64,000 bases of DNA from positions 1,568,001 through 1,632,000 of the forward strand of contig CAVOYH010000003.1 in NCBI GenBank assembly GCA_963700635.1, in the 5' to 3' direction. Under the pieces are notes generated by a model. The model did not search any database. It was not told the origin of the DNA and saw only the letters and a list, made by a program, of their open reading frames with translations. This DNA comes from an uncultured Bacteroidota bacterium. Its GTDB lineage: Bacteria; Bacteroidota; Ignavibacteria; UBA10030; UBA6906. Shown here one piece after another: positions 41,025-50,202 of this stretch. The position numbers and the translations under genes are program-made. Position 1 is the stretch's first letter. Each line of letters begins with the position of its first letter.

Positions 41025-41055
41025 ATTGGACACGGAACCGGGGAGGTTGGTTGAC
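41025..41055 (-). promoter_or_regulatory. Putative autoregulatory ECF promoter GTCAACC-N15-GTGTCCAAT
   Basis: About 30 nt upstream of the sigma start; exact twin of 38446-38476. Confidence 0.75.
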
Positions 41056-41106
41056 AGACGGGTGCCTTGTGAGACGGACGGTATCCGCCCCAGCCGCTTA
41101 TTCATG

Positions 41107-41135
41107 AAGACGGGTCGAATGCGGGGAAAGTTGCA
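41107..41135 (-). promoter_or_regulatory. Second ECF-type promoter TGCAAC-N17-CGTCTT upstream of the sigma gene
   Basis: TGCAACTTT..CCCGTCT resembles the TolC-operon site TGAAACTTT..CCCGTCT. Confidence 0.55.
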
Positions 41136-41160
41136 GGAATACGATAGTCCAGGGGAGGAG

Positions 41161-41862
41161 CTATTGAAACTTGAACTCCCGGGCGTTCCCGTAGATCGGG
41201 ATGTACAACTCCGGCTGCCGGGGGTTGGAGGTATTCAGGAACATCCCGTCGGCGATGATGGGATTCGCCCTCCGGGGTGTGAATTCCGCGATCACGTCCG
41301 CACTGTCTCCCGGAGCGATCGGCTCACCCGGCAATGTCACCGTGAAGCCCGCAAGCTGGCAGCGCCAGCCTGTCAGGCGCAGGGGGACGTTGCTGTTGTT
41401 CTTCACATTCAGGGGGAGTTTTGTTGGGCTTCCCATGGTGGCATCGCGAAACCAGAGGTGGGCGGGAGCCAGGCGGATCTCATCGATCACAATTGCGGCG
41501 AACCGGATGACCAGCCTCGGTTCATTGGCCGCGTTGGAATTTACGGTCACGGTTTTCTCCACGTGCCCGGTGAAGTTGCGCGAGTTGAACGAAATGGCCA
41601 GGGCCGTGCTCTCTCCGGGTTTGATCTCCTGGGTGGCAACAATAGTCCCCGTGCATCCGCACGAGGCTTCAATCCCCTTCAGAACCAAAGGACGCGTTCC
41701 GGAATTCCTGATGGTCACCGTGTGGTCGACCACCGTTCCACGGAAGATCGAGCCAAAGTCGAACACTTTCCCTTCTTTGATGTTGATGGTCGGCTGCGCG
41801 TGGGCTGATCCAAGTGTCGCGAGTGTGAGGGAGAATGCCAGAGTGATGGTACGGGTGTTCAT
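41161..41862 (-). CDS. DUF1573 domain secreted protein
   Basis: Signal peptide; FDFG.I..F/V.I.N.G..PL......SCGCT..I.PGES; second Ig-like domain. Confidence 0.88.
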   Translation of the reverse strand: MNTRTITLAFSLTLATLGSAHAQPTINIKEGKVFDFGSIFRGTVVDHTVTIRNSGTRPLVLKGIEASCGCTGTIVATQEIKPGESTALAISFNSRNFTGHVEKTVTVNSNAANEPRLVIRFAAIVIDEIRLAPAHLWFRDATMGSPTKLPLNVKNNSNVPLRLTGWRCQLAGFTVTLPGEPIAPGDSADVIAEFTPRRANPIIADGMFLNTSNPRQPELYIPIYGNAREFKFQ

Positions 41863-41890
41863 GAATTGCCTCGTACGAAAGAACGAAGAG

Positions 41891-43870
41891 TCATTCCGGT
41901 CGGGCATCCGGTAACCGCTGAACGACAGTATTCAGACGCAACCGATAGACGCCCCTGTCTCTGAGACCAACGTAGAGAGTCGATGACCCGGCGTGCCAGG
42001 CAAGCGCTGCTGGAACGCCGGGAAGTTTCATATCAAACACTGTATGCCACGTTGTGCCGCCAGTGGTGCTGAGCATGACGGTCCGGTCATTGACCAGCGC
42101 CACGAGCCGGGACGCGTTCTCCGGATCCACGGCGAGGCGAACGCGGTCGCGTACGGTCCAGGGTGGAGTGAACCGGCTCCATTCGAGTCCGCCGTCGATT
42201 GACCGGTAGCACCCTCCCGCTGTGGTCCACGCGTAACACACCTGGTCGTCTGCATCGTCGAGCGAAATGAATGAGAGCGTGTCGGTCCCGAGGCCGTACC
42301 TCGTTGCTTCCCAGGTGATGCCGCCGTCGAGCGTATGGAGGACCGCGGGGCCGTCTGCCGCCGCGAGAATGTTCCCGGCGTTTGTCATCCGAAAGGTGAA
42401 CGAGAACGCTGAAGGAAGTTTTCCCGGAGGACGGGATTCCTTCCAGGTCCGACCACGGTCGGTCGACACAAAAATCCCCCTTCCGCCGGAAGCGAGAAGA
42501 CGGGTCGGAAACCAGGGATGGGGAACGAGCACACGGGGTGCGTTGGGCAGGGTGCGTGCAAACTCATGCCACGAACTCCCGCCGTCGGTGCTGCGAAACG
42601 CTCCTGTTGTGCTCGTGGCGAAGAGTGTGGTGGCCGATCGCGGATCAACTGCGAGGGAGAGAAGATGTCCGCCGGTCAGCCCTCCGCCCGCCGTTACCCA
42701 GGTGGAAGTGTTGGCCACATATCGAAGCAGTGCCCGACCGGCAATCATGAGCAGATCCTTGCTTCCAGGATCCGCCACCAGCATCTTTGGGACGACACCC
42801 CCGAGGGACGTGTCGGCGCTGGTCCACGAGAGCCCCCCGTCGGCGGAGAATTGCACCCCAATGGCTTCGCTGTAGCCAAACAGGTGGTTCGACTGTGCCG
42901 GTGAAGCTGCAAGGGTCACGGGCACGCGAGGGAGGGAACCTTCGAGCGGACGCCAGCGTTCTCCGAAATCCGTTGACTGAAGAATCCCGAGCTGTGTTCC
43001 CGCCAGGACCGTATTCGGTTTTCCGGGGTCAGCCCAGAAGGAGAGGAGTGCGTCTCCGAGCCCGGCCGGCCGCACAGGACTCCAATGTTCTCCTGCGTTC
43101 GAAGAGCGGTAAATGCTGCCGCCATCCGTACCGTAGAGCACAAGGTTGCCGTCCTTCGCATGGACAAGCATGGCGGTTACGCGTTGACCTGCGGTTGACG
43201 CGTCGGACGTAAGGTCGGCCCAGGATGCGCCTCCGTCCTCGGAGCGCACGATGCCGCGTGGGCCGAGGCTTGCAAAGATTCTGTCAGGATGTTGTGCGTC
43301 AATGACAATGTCCTGGACCTCAGCACCCGCCACGATCGAATCTTCGACCTGGGCCCATGTGATGCCGCTGTCCGTGGACCGGAAAAGACCATGCCCTCCG
43401 GTGCCAAGGAAACGGATTTCGGGCTTCCAGGGATCGACGCCAAATGCGTACACGGGTCGTACCGGGACCCCCGAGAACTCCGGTGCGATTTGTTTCCAGG
43501 TCCGAGCCGAGTCGGTGCTCCGGAAAAAGCCCGCAGGGCCCGCAGCGTACAGCATTGTCTTTGCCACAGGGTCGTCAAAAAACCTGAGAACGGGTTCACC
43601 GGGCGACGGGGGTGTCCGATATGCCCATGAGCGGCCACCATCGGTGGACATGCTCAGTTCGCCGTTGGCCAGGCCCGCGAAGAGCAAGTTTTCGCCCGGG
43701 GAGACATGGAGCGTCGTGATGTTGCGTGCGTAGGGTCCCTGCAGAAGTTCCCACTGCACGGAGAGGGGATTGACGGCGTGGGCACTACAACCGACGATGA
43801 GCACAAAGGGGATCAGACGCGCGACGCCGAGAAGGGTCGCGAGTCGGGGAAGAGGCGGGGGCGCGGTCAT
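41891..43870 (-). CDS. BNR/Asp-box beta-propeller lipoprotein (VPS10/Ycf48-like)
   Basis: Lipobox-like LIVGC; more than 10 Asp-boxes (STDGGRSW, STDSGITW, SEDGGASW, STDFGERW, SIDGGLEW, ...). Confidence 0.85.
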   Translation of the reverse strand: MTAPPPLPRLATLLGVARLIPFVLIVGCSAHAVNPLSVQWELLQGPYARNITTLHVSPGENLLFAGLANGELSMSTDGGRSWAYRTPPSPGEPVLRFFDDPVAKTMLYAAGPAGFFRSTDSARTWKQIAPEFSGVPVRPVYAFGVDPWKPEIRFLGTGGHGLFRSTDSGITWAQVEDSIVAGAEVQDIVIDAQHPDRIFASLGPRGIVRSEDGGASWADLTSDASTAGQRVTAMLVHAKDGNLVLYGTDGGSIYRSSNAGEHWSPVRPAGLGDALLSFWADPGKPNTVLAGTQLGILQSTDFGERWRPLEGSLPRVPVTLAASPAQSNHLFGYSEAIGVQFSADGGLSWTSADTSLGGVVPKMLVADPGSKDLLMIAGRALLRYVANTSTWVTAGGGLTGGHLLSLAVDPRSATTLFATSTTGAFRSTDGGSSWHEFARTLPNAPRVLVPHPWFPTRLLASGGRGIFVSTDRGRTWKESRPPGKLPSAFSFTFRMTNAGNILAAADGPAVLHTLDGGITWEATRYGLGTDTLSFISLDDADDQVCYAWTTAGGCYRSIDGGLEWSRFTPPWTVRDRVRLAVDPENASRLVALVNDRTVMLSTTGGTTWHTVFDMKLPGVPAALAWHAGSSTLYVGLRDRGVYRLRLNTVVQRLPDARPE

Positions 43871-43886
43871 AGCGTCGACGGACCTT

Positions 43887-44189
43887 TCAGGTAAGAGTCT
43901 CTCCATGGAACACAGTCACGAGATCAGGCGCAAAACTCATAAGATCACGGGCGACGGCTTTCCCCTCCCGCGAGGCAAGGGCTGCATCCATTGCGGACCG
44001 GGAAGGAAATCCGGCTTCGACCAGGACATGGAATTTGCTCTCGCCGATCGGGGCGCCGCTGACATGTACGACATCGAGCTGAATCAGTCCGGGGAGGAGC
44101 CGCAACAAGGGAAGATGCGTCTCCGTCAGATGCCGGTCAAACGTCGCCGGATCGTCAGGTCGGCGGTATAGCGCGACGAGTTTTGTCAT
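43887..44189 (-). CDS. EthD family reductase
   Basis: MTKLVALYRRPDDPATFDRH..HLPL..LPGL; 'ALASREG..DL.SF'; promoter-like TTGCTT-N17-TATATT at 44250-44222. Confidence 0.88.
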   Translation of the reverse strand: MTKLVALYRRPDDPATFDRHLTETHLPLLRLLPGLIQLDVVHVSGAPIGESKFHVLVEAGFPSRSAMDAALASREGKAVARDLMSFAPDLVTVFHGETLT

Positions 44190-44307
44190 GGCAGCTCTCC
44201 GTCAGGTCCGATGCTCTGAAAAATATAGCGATGGAGTCAGGGAAAAGCAAACCCCAACCGGCCGTGGGTCACTTTTCTCTCTGGAGGGAATTTCGTACTT
44301 TTCGACC

Positions 44308-47247
44308 ATGAACGCGCATGACGTCCCCCTGGAAATCTTCGCCGATGCCCGAAGTGGGGAACGGAACCTGCGCACGCTCCACGAACTGTTTGTGACGACG
44401 GGCAGCAGGTTCAGCCCCGATGAATTCACACAAACCCTGAGCGCGGCCCTGCGTGAATCCCCCGATCCCGATCTGAGTCTCTCCAATCTCCTGCGCTACA
44501 GCGAAGTTGTCGTCAGCCCTGTCGCCCTGTTCAACGATCTCCTGCAGCACCACGTGCTCCTGGATATCCTGATGAAGATCCTCGGGAATTCCCGTTTCTT
44601 CGGCGATTTGCTTGTCCGGGATCCGTCCCTGTTCCGCTGGCTTACGGCTTCGGCTGCGCTGAACGCACCCCTCACAGCAGCGGAGGTGCGGGGCGACGTC
44701 GACCATGTCCTGGCTTCATTCGGGGCGGTGGATCGGCGGCTGGATGGAATACGAAGGATGTACCGGCGCCAGCTTCTTCGCGTGGGCGCGCGGGACATCC
44801 TCGGGATTGCGGACCTGCCGCAGACGACACGGGAGTTGTCATTGCTGGCCGACGGTACCATTGATGCCGTCCTCCGCTGCACGTACGATCAGATGCGGGA
44901 GAAGGTGGACCAGGTACCGGATATTCCGTTTGCCGTACTCGGGCTGGGGAAACTGGGTGGGGCGGAGCTCAATTATAGTTCAGATATTGACCTGATGTTC
45001 GTGTACGCAGAGGACGCGCCGGACGACACTGCCGGCAGAGTTCAGGCATCGTTTCAGCTCGTAGGTGAAAAACTGGTCCAGCACCTGTCGCGCGTTACCG
45101 GCGAGGGTCACCTCTTCCGGGTGGATATGCGCCTGAGGCCCGAGGCCGGGGCGGGTCCGCTGGCCCGCTCACTGCAAAGTTATCTTCTCTATTATGAGTC
45201 GCGGGGAGAGCTCTGGGAGCGTCAGATGCTCATCAAGGTGCGTCCTGTCGCCGGCGACGAGAAGCTCGGCGCAGCATTCCTCCAGGGCGTACACCCCTTT
45301 GTGTATCCGCGCGCGTTTCTCGAGCACCCGGCGGAATCGATCAGCCGGATGAAGGCACGTATCGAGTCGACGCTGGGTGATGCGGCAAACATCAAGCTCA
45401 TGCCCGGCGGCATCCGCGATATTGAGTTCATCGTGCAAGCCCTCCAGCTCCTGAATGGAGGAAAGAAACCTGCCCTCCGGACGGGCAACACGCTTCAGGC
45501 GCTGCGTGCCTGCGAGGCCGAAGGCGTGTTGCCGGGCGACGACGTCCAGGCACTGGAACACGCCTACACGTTCTACCGCACGCTCGAACACCGATTGCAG
45601 ACCATGCTGAATACGCAGACACATACCATTCCGCGTGATGAACGGGAACACTCCCTCCTTGCCCGCAGGATGGGCTTCACGTCGGTTGGCGTGCTCACGG
45701 GGACGCTTGAACAGCACCTCAGCGCGGTCCGTGCCGTGTTCGACCGGACGCTGGCGACACACACGGGAACCGGGGAAGCAGGACTGGAGGCGGCGATTGA
45801 CGGTGCGCTGACGGAGGAACGCACGACGCGGCTGCTCGCGGAGTACGGGTTCCGCGACGTGCGCCAGGCCCTGCGGCACATGCGCACGCTCGCGTTTGGA
45901 TCGACTCTCACCGGCGTCCGAGAAACCGACACGCGTGCGCGAACAGCCTTCCGGTCGGTTGCTGCGCCGCTCTTCCGTGATATCGCGGCGAGCCCCGATG
46001 CGGACCTCACCCTGTACAGCCTTTCGATTATTGCGGGAGGGCAGAAATTCCCGGGGGGGTTCTATCACCAGCTTACCGATGCGCACTTCCGCCGGTTCAT
46101 GATCGATACCTGCGCAATCGGGCCGCGGTTCGCGCGGATCCTGGCGGCGCGTCCGGCCCTTGTGGAATCTTTTACCTCGAATCCGGCGGCCCTCGGGAGC
46201 GCGTCCGGCAGCGGCGTGCCTCCCGTGGAAGACCTGTACGAATTCAAGATCCAGCAGGAAGTGCGTGCGGGACTTCGTCACCTTCTCGGACTCTCCAGCT
46301 TTGACGATATGACCATCGAACTCTCAGCAACTGCGGAGTTTGTCCTGCGCGAGGTGTTTGCGGCCACGGTGTCCTCACATCACGGAAATCCACAGCTTGC
46401 ACTCTTTGCGCTGGGCAAACTGGGGACTCGCGAGCTCACGTTTGATGCGGATCTCGACCTCCTCTTTGTTGCGGATACGCATGCCGCCGAAGCGCGGAGC
46501 GGGCTGGAACGGATAGCAGCGGGTTGTGTCAAAACCCTCTCTGCTGTCACGGAACACGGACGGCTGTACGACATCGACGTGCGGCTTCGACCGGAAGGAC
46601 GGAACGCGCCTCTCGTGATCGACCGGACGGCATATCAGACGTACCTCTCCCAGCGGGCATCGCTCTGGGAGCGACAGTCTCTCACCCGCCTCCGCTTTGT
46701 CTGCGGTGATGCCGCGCTCGGCGCAGCAGTCGAGAAGGATGTCGGGAGTTTTGTGTTCGATAGTCCTCTTCCTGCCGGGTGGACGACCGACACCATCACG
46801 ATGCGCAAAACCATGGAGTCACGCACAAGGACCAGGCGAGACGAAATCATCGACATCAAACTCGGTCCCGGCGGGATGGTGGACGTGGAGTTTCTGGCCC
46901 AGATGCTGATGCTCCGGCCGGGGGCCGTTCCTTCCGAAGGACGCCACGGGAGTGTGCCGACCATTCTTGGCCTTTCCGATCCGGGCATCCTCCCCGCACG
47001 GGAGCGCGACGAGATGATTGAAGCGTACCGGCTGTTCCGGCGGCTTGAATTGTTCCTCCGGGTGACGATGGAAGAGCGGGGCTCCGTCCTGCCCACGGGA
47101 AAGAAACTGGACACTCTTGCCCGCTGTGCGCTGGGGACCTCCGGCGACGCGGTTCAGCACACGGTACGCGAGACCATGAAGCGCGTCCGTGCGACGTTCC
47201 TGCATGCAGCGGATCGACTGAATACCTCTGGAGCGCCGTCGCAATGA
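44308..47247 (+). CDS. glnE: Bifunctional glutamine synthetase adenylyltransferase/adenylyl-removing enzyme
   Basis: Two nucleotidyltransferase domains: GKLGGAELNYSSDIDL..RVDMRLRP..WER..IKL.PGGIRDIEF and GKLGTRELTFDADLDL..IDVRLRPEG..IKLGPGG.VDVEF. Confidence 0.92.
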   Translation: MNAHDVPLEIFADARSGERNLRTLHELFVTTGSRFSPDEFTQTLSAALRESPDPDLSLSNLLRYSEVVVSPVALFNDLLQHHVLLDILMKILGNSRFFGDLLVRDPSLFRWLTASAALNAPLTAAEVRGDVDHVLASFGAVDRRLDGIRRMYRRQLLRVGARDILGIADLPQTTRELSLLADGTIDAVLRCTYDQMREKVDQVPDIPFAVLGLGKLGGAELNYSSDIDLMFVYAEDAPDDTAGRVQASFQLVGEKLVQHLSRVTGEGHLFRVDMRLRPEAGAGPLARSLQSYLLYYESRGELWERQMLIKVRPVAGDEKLGAAFLQGVHPFVYPRAFLEHPAESISRMKARIESTLGDAANIKLMPGGIRDIEFIVQALQLLNGGKKPALRTGNTLQALRACEAEGVLPGDDVQALEHAYTFYRTLEHRLQTMLNTQTHTIPRDEREHSLLARRMGFTSVGVLTGTLEQHLSAVRAVFDRTLATHTGTGEAGLEAAIDGALTEERTTRLLAEYGFRDVRQALRHMRTLAFGSTLTGVRETDTRARTAFRSVAAPLFRDIAASPDADLTLYSLSIIAGGQKFPGGFYHQLTDAHFRRFMIDTCAIGPRFARILAARPALVESFTSNPAALGSASGSGVPPVEDLYEFKIQQEVRAGLRHLLGLSSFDDMTIELSATAEFVLREVFAATVSSHHGNPQLALFALGKLGTRELTFDADLDLLFVADTHAAEARSGLERIAAGCVKTLSAVTEHGRLYDIDVRLRPEGRNAPLVIDRTAYQTYLSQRASLWERQSLTRLRFVCGDAALGAAVEKDVGSFVFDSPLPAGWTTDTITMRKTMESRTRTRRDEIIDIKLGPGGMVDVEFLAQMLMLRPGAVPSEGRHGSVPTILGLSDPGILPARERDEMIEAYRLFRRLELFLRVTMEERGSVLPTGKKLDTLARCALGTSGDAVQHTVRETMKRVRATFLHAADRLNTSGAPSQ

Positions 47248-49088
47248 ACCTGTATGAACGAGTGCTGTCCAGCCCGACGGCCGTCGCTGCGCTTGTCGGG
47301 TTAGTGTCTCTGATCGTGTACCTGCAAACGATGGTGCCCGGCATTGGGTTCATCGACAGCGGCGAGCTTGCCACTGTGGCCCACACCCTCGGGATCGCAC
47401 ATCCGACCGGATATCCTCTGTTCACGCTGCTCGGTTCTCTGGCGTCGCATCTCCCCTGGGGCGGGGAAGAGATCCAGCGGCTCAATATCATGGCGGCTGT
47501 CCTGTGTGTGATCGGGCTGCTGCTGTTCTTCCACACCGCACGGCGCCTTGCGGCCCGTGCTGCGGGGAAGCATCTTGTCCGGACCGAGATGGTCTTGCCG
47601 GCTGTGACCGGTGGTGCGTTCCTTCTCGGATTTTCGGAGACGTTCTGGACTCAGGCGCTGGCGGTGGAGGTGTATTCCCTTCACCTTGCACTGATCGGGG
47701 CGGTCCTGTACGCTTGTGCGAGAGCGACCGGGGACCAGGGAGAGCGGTGGTGGTACGCGAGCGCATTCCTTCTGGGTTTGAGCTTCACCAATCACATGAC
47801 CACCGTCCTCCTGGTGCCCGGCCTGGCCACCTGGTATTTTGCGCACGAGGGGCTCACTCCCGCGTCATGGAAGCGGCTGGCTCGGCTCCTTCCGGTGTTT
47901 GCCCTCGGGTTATCGCTGTACCTCTATCTTCCGTTCCGCGCGTCCATGTCCCCTGCATTGAACTGGGGAGATCCGTCCACGCTCGAGCGGTTCCTGTGGC
48001 ACCTGAGCGGCAAACAGTATCGTGTGTGGCTGTTCGCTTCATCAGACGTGGCCGGTAAGCATCTTGGTGACTTCTTTGCGGGGTTGCCATCGGAATTCGC
48101 CTGGGTGGGGATCGCAGCGGCGCTGGCCGGACTTGTCGTGCTCTGGCGTGCGTACCGGACTGTTGCCATCGCCACCGTGCTGTTCTTTGTCACCTGCGTT
48201 GCGTATGCGATCAACTACGATATTCAGGATATCGATTCGTACTATCTTCTGGCCTACTGGTGCATCGGACTCTGGGGAGTGTTCGGCCTGGGTCTGGTCG
48301 GAACCTGGTGGATGAAATTCAGCGGATGGGGGAGACACGTCACGGGGATTGTGCTGATCGTGATTGCGTGTGTGCCGGCGGCGTTCCACTACAAGAGTGT
48401 CGACCAGAGCGACAATCATCTGGTGGACGATTACACGCGGACGATGTTTGCCTCGTTGCGTCCGGGCGCCCTTGTGCTGTCGTATCAATGGGACTACTGG
48501 GTCTCCGCGTCCTATTACTCCCAGCTGGTCAGAGGCGAGCGACCGGACCTCATCATTATTGATAAAGAGCTATTGCGGAGATCATGGTACCTGAAGCAGC
48601 TGGAACACCAGCATCCGGCCCTGATGGCGGCGGTGAAAGAGGAGGTCGCAGCTTTCAGGAAGGAGCTTGACAAGTTCGAGCACGGCTTGCCGTATGCCGG
48701 GGGGGTGATCGAGGGGAGGTTTGTCGGGATGATCCGCAGGATGATAGAGAGGGGAATGGAGCGGGGGCCGGTGTACGTCACGGCCGAGATTGAGCCGGAG
48801 TTTACGGCGGGGTTGCTGCGGGTCCCGGAAGGACTGGCCTTCCGGGTGACGCGGGATACCACGTATGTGCCTCCGGCGATGCCGGAGATCACTGTGCGTC
48901 CCGGCCGGCGGGAGGGGCGTCTGGAATCCATGGTGTGGCACCTTTATGGAAACGCCTATCTTGCCCGGGGGGACTTCTTTTTCCGTCTGGGACGGCTGGA
49001 GGAGGCCAGAAAGGCCTACGGAACAGGCCTTTTGAGGGATCCTGGGTCAACTATCCTCAGGAGCCGGGCAGCCATGGCTGGAGGGTAA
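47244..49088 (+). CDS. DUF2723 (TMEM260-like) polytopic membrane glycosyltransferase with C-terminal TPR
   Basis: DSGEL..LGIAHPTGYPLF, FW.QA..VEVY, GLS.TNH, YLYLP.RA..P.LNWG.P; ATGA overlap with glnE. Confidence 0.85.
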   Translation: MNLYERVLSSPTAVAALVGLVSLIVYLQTMVPGIGFIDSGELATVAHTLGIAHPTGYPLFTLLGSLASHLPWGGEEIQRLNIMAAVLCVIGLLLFFHTARRLAARAAGKHLVRTEMVLPAVTGGAFLLGFSETFWTQALAVEVYSLHLALIGAVLYACARATGDQGERWWYASAFLLGLSFTNHMTTVLLVPGLATWYFAHEGLTPASWKRLARLLPVFALGLSLYLYLPFRASMSPALNWGDPSTLERFLWHLSGKQYRVWLFASSDVAGKHLGDFFAGLPSEFAWVGIAAALAGLVVLWRAYRTVAIATVLFFVTCVAYAINYDIQDIDSYYLLAYWCIGLWGVFGLGLVGTWWMKFSGWGRHVTGIVLIVIACVPAAFHYKSVDQSDNHLVDDYTRTMFASLRPGALVLSYQWDYWVSASYYSQLVRGERPDLIIIDKELLRRSWYLKQLEHQHPALMAAVKEEVAAFRKELDKFEHGLPYAGGVIEGRFVGMIRRMIERGMERGPVYVTAEIEPEFTAGLLRVPEGLAFRVTRDTTYVPPAMPEITVRPGRREGRLESMVWHLYGNAYLARGDFFFRLGRLEEARKAYGTGLLRDPGSTILRSRAAMAGG

Positions 49089-49117
49089 GATTCCTGCTGA
49101 TTCTGGCATTTTTTTGG

Positions 49118-49145
49118 TTGACTATTTCCTGGGATTTCTTATATT
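49118..49145 (+). promoter_or_regulatory. Promoter of the tRNA/rpl/rpo operon (TTGACT-N16-TATATT)
   Basis: Near-consensus sigma70 boxes with T-rich upstream tract, about 70 nt before the first tRNA. Confidence 0.65.
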
Positions 49146-49216
49146 ACTCTGCTTAGCTGTCGAAATCCCCGATAGTCACAGAGGATTGATTCCTGTGACG
49201 AGGGGGACATTTGTCT

Positions 49217-49289
49217 GCTGGCGTAGCTCAATCGGTAGAGCAGCTGATTTGTAATCAGCAGGTTGCGGGTTCGAGTCCCATCGCCAGCT
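49217..49289 (+). tRNA. tRNA-Thr(TGT)
   Basis: GCTGGCG acceptor stem, anticodon loop TTTGTAA, GTTCGAGT T-loop; CCA not encoded. Confidence 0.97.
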
Positions 49290-49332
49290 CTCGACATTGG
49301 GCACGGCGGGACGGTTTCTTTGACGGTTTCAG

Positions 49333-49415
49333 GGGCAGGTAGCGAAGCGGTCAAACGCAACAGACTGTAAATCTGTCGGCCATGGCCTTCGGAGGTTCGA
49401 ATCCTCCCCTGCCCA
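49333..49415 (+). tRNA. tRNA-Tyr(GTA)
   Basis: GGGCAGG/CCTGCCC acceptor, CTGTAAA loop, long variable arm. Confidence 0.97.
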
Positions 49416-49462
49416 CGACGAGTGTGGAAAGTGGCTCCAGGTTCCATTCGGATTGATAGTCC

Positions 49463-49535
49463 GCGGGAGTAACTCAGTTGGTAGAGTCACAGCCTTCCAA
49501 GCTGTTGGTCGCGGGTTCGAGTCCCGTCTCCCGCT
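49463..49535 (+). tRNA. tRNA-Gly(TCC)
   Basis: GCGGGAG/CTCCCGC acceptor, CTTCCAA loop. Confidence 0.97.
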
Positions 49536-49840
49536 CGAGAGAGGTCGCGGGTCCCGTCACGCCCGAAGGGCGCGACGAGGATGCGCGTCACGCCAACGTG
49601 GTTGGCGTGACGGCGTTCGAGTCCCGTCTCCCGCTCGAGAGAGGTCGCGGGTCCCGTCACGCCCGAAGGGCGCGACGAGGATGCGCGTCACGCCAACGTG
49701 GTTGGCGTGACGGCATTCGAGTCCCGTCTCCCGCTCGAGAGAGGTCGCGGGTCCCGTCACGCCCGAAGGGCGCGACGAGGATGCGCGTCTCGCCAACGTG
49801 GTTGGCGTGACGGCATTCGAGTCCCGTCTCCCGCTCGAGA
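49516..49840 (+). repeat. tRNA-Gly-linked tandem repeat, 3.25 x exactly 100 bp
   Basis: TTCGAGTCCCGTCTCCCGCTCGAGA recurs at 49516, 49616, 49716 and 49816; units differ only at 49615 (G vs A) and 49790 (T vs A). Confidence 0.97.
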
Positions 49841-49877
49841 TGGTGGTGAACCGGCGGTTCACCCGTGTACAGTGTCT

Positions 49878-49950
<73 letters not shown>

Positions 49951-50006
49951 CAGAGGCGGAGGGCTTTCGCCTGCCAGTGACGACCACGTAGAATGCCGAG
50001 GCTCCT

Positions 50007-50156
50007 GTGAGAGACATTATCACGCTGGAATGTACCGAGTGCAAACGCCGGAACTACTCGACCACAAAGAACAAGAAGAAGCAATCGGGGCGCGTCGAGT
50101 ACAAGAAATACTGCCGGTGGTGCGCGAAGCATAAAACCCACAAAGAGACGCGCTGA
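50007..50156 (+). CDS. rpmG: 50S ribosomal protein L33 (zinc-binding C+ form); absent from the ORF track
   Basis: GTG start; [49 protein letters not shown]. Confidence 0.95.
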   Translation: MRDIITLECTECKRRNYSTTKNKKKQSGRVEYKKYCRWCAKHKTHKETR

Positions 50157-50202
50157 CGGATACGAAGCGGTGCCCGGGGCGCCATCCCGGGTGATGACGC
50201 AT

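Noticed and set aside
49516-49840. CRISPR array
   Set aside because: The intervening sequences are near-identical rather than unique spacers, the repeat is a tRNA 3' end, and no cas genes are present.
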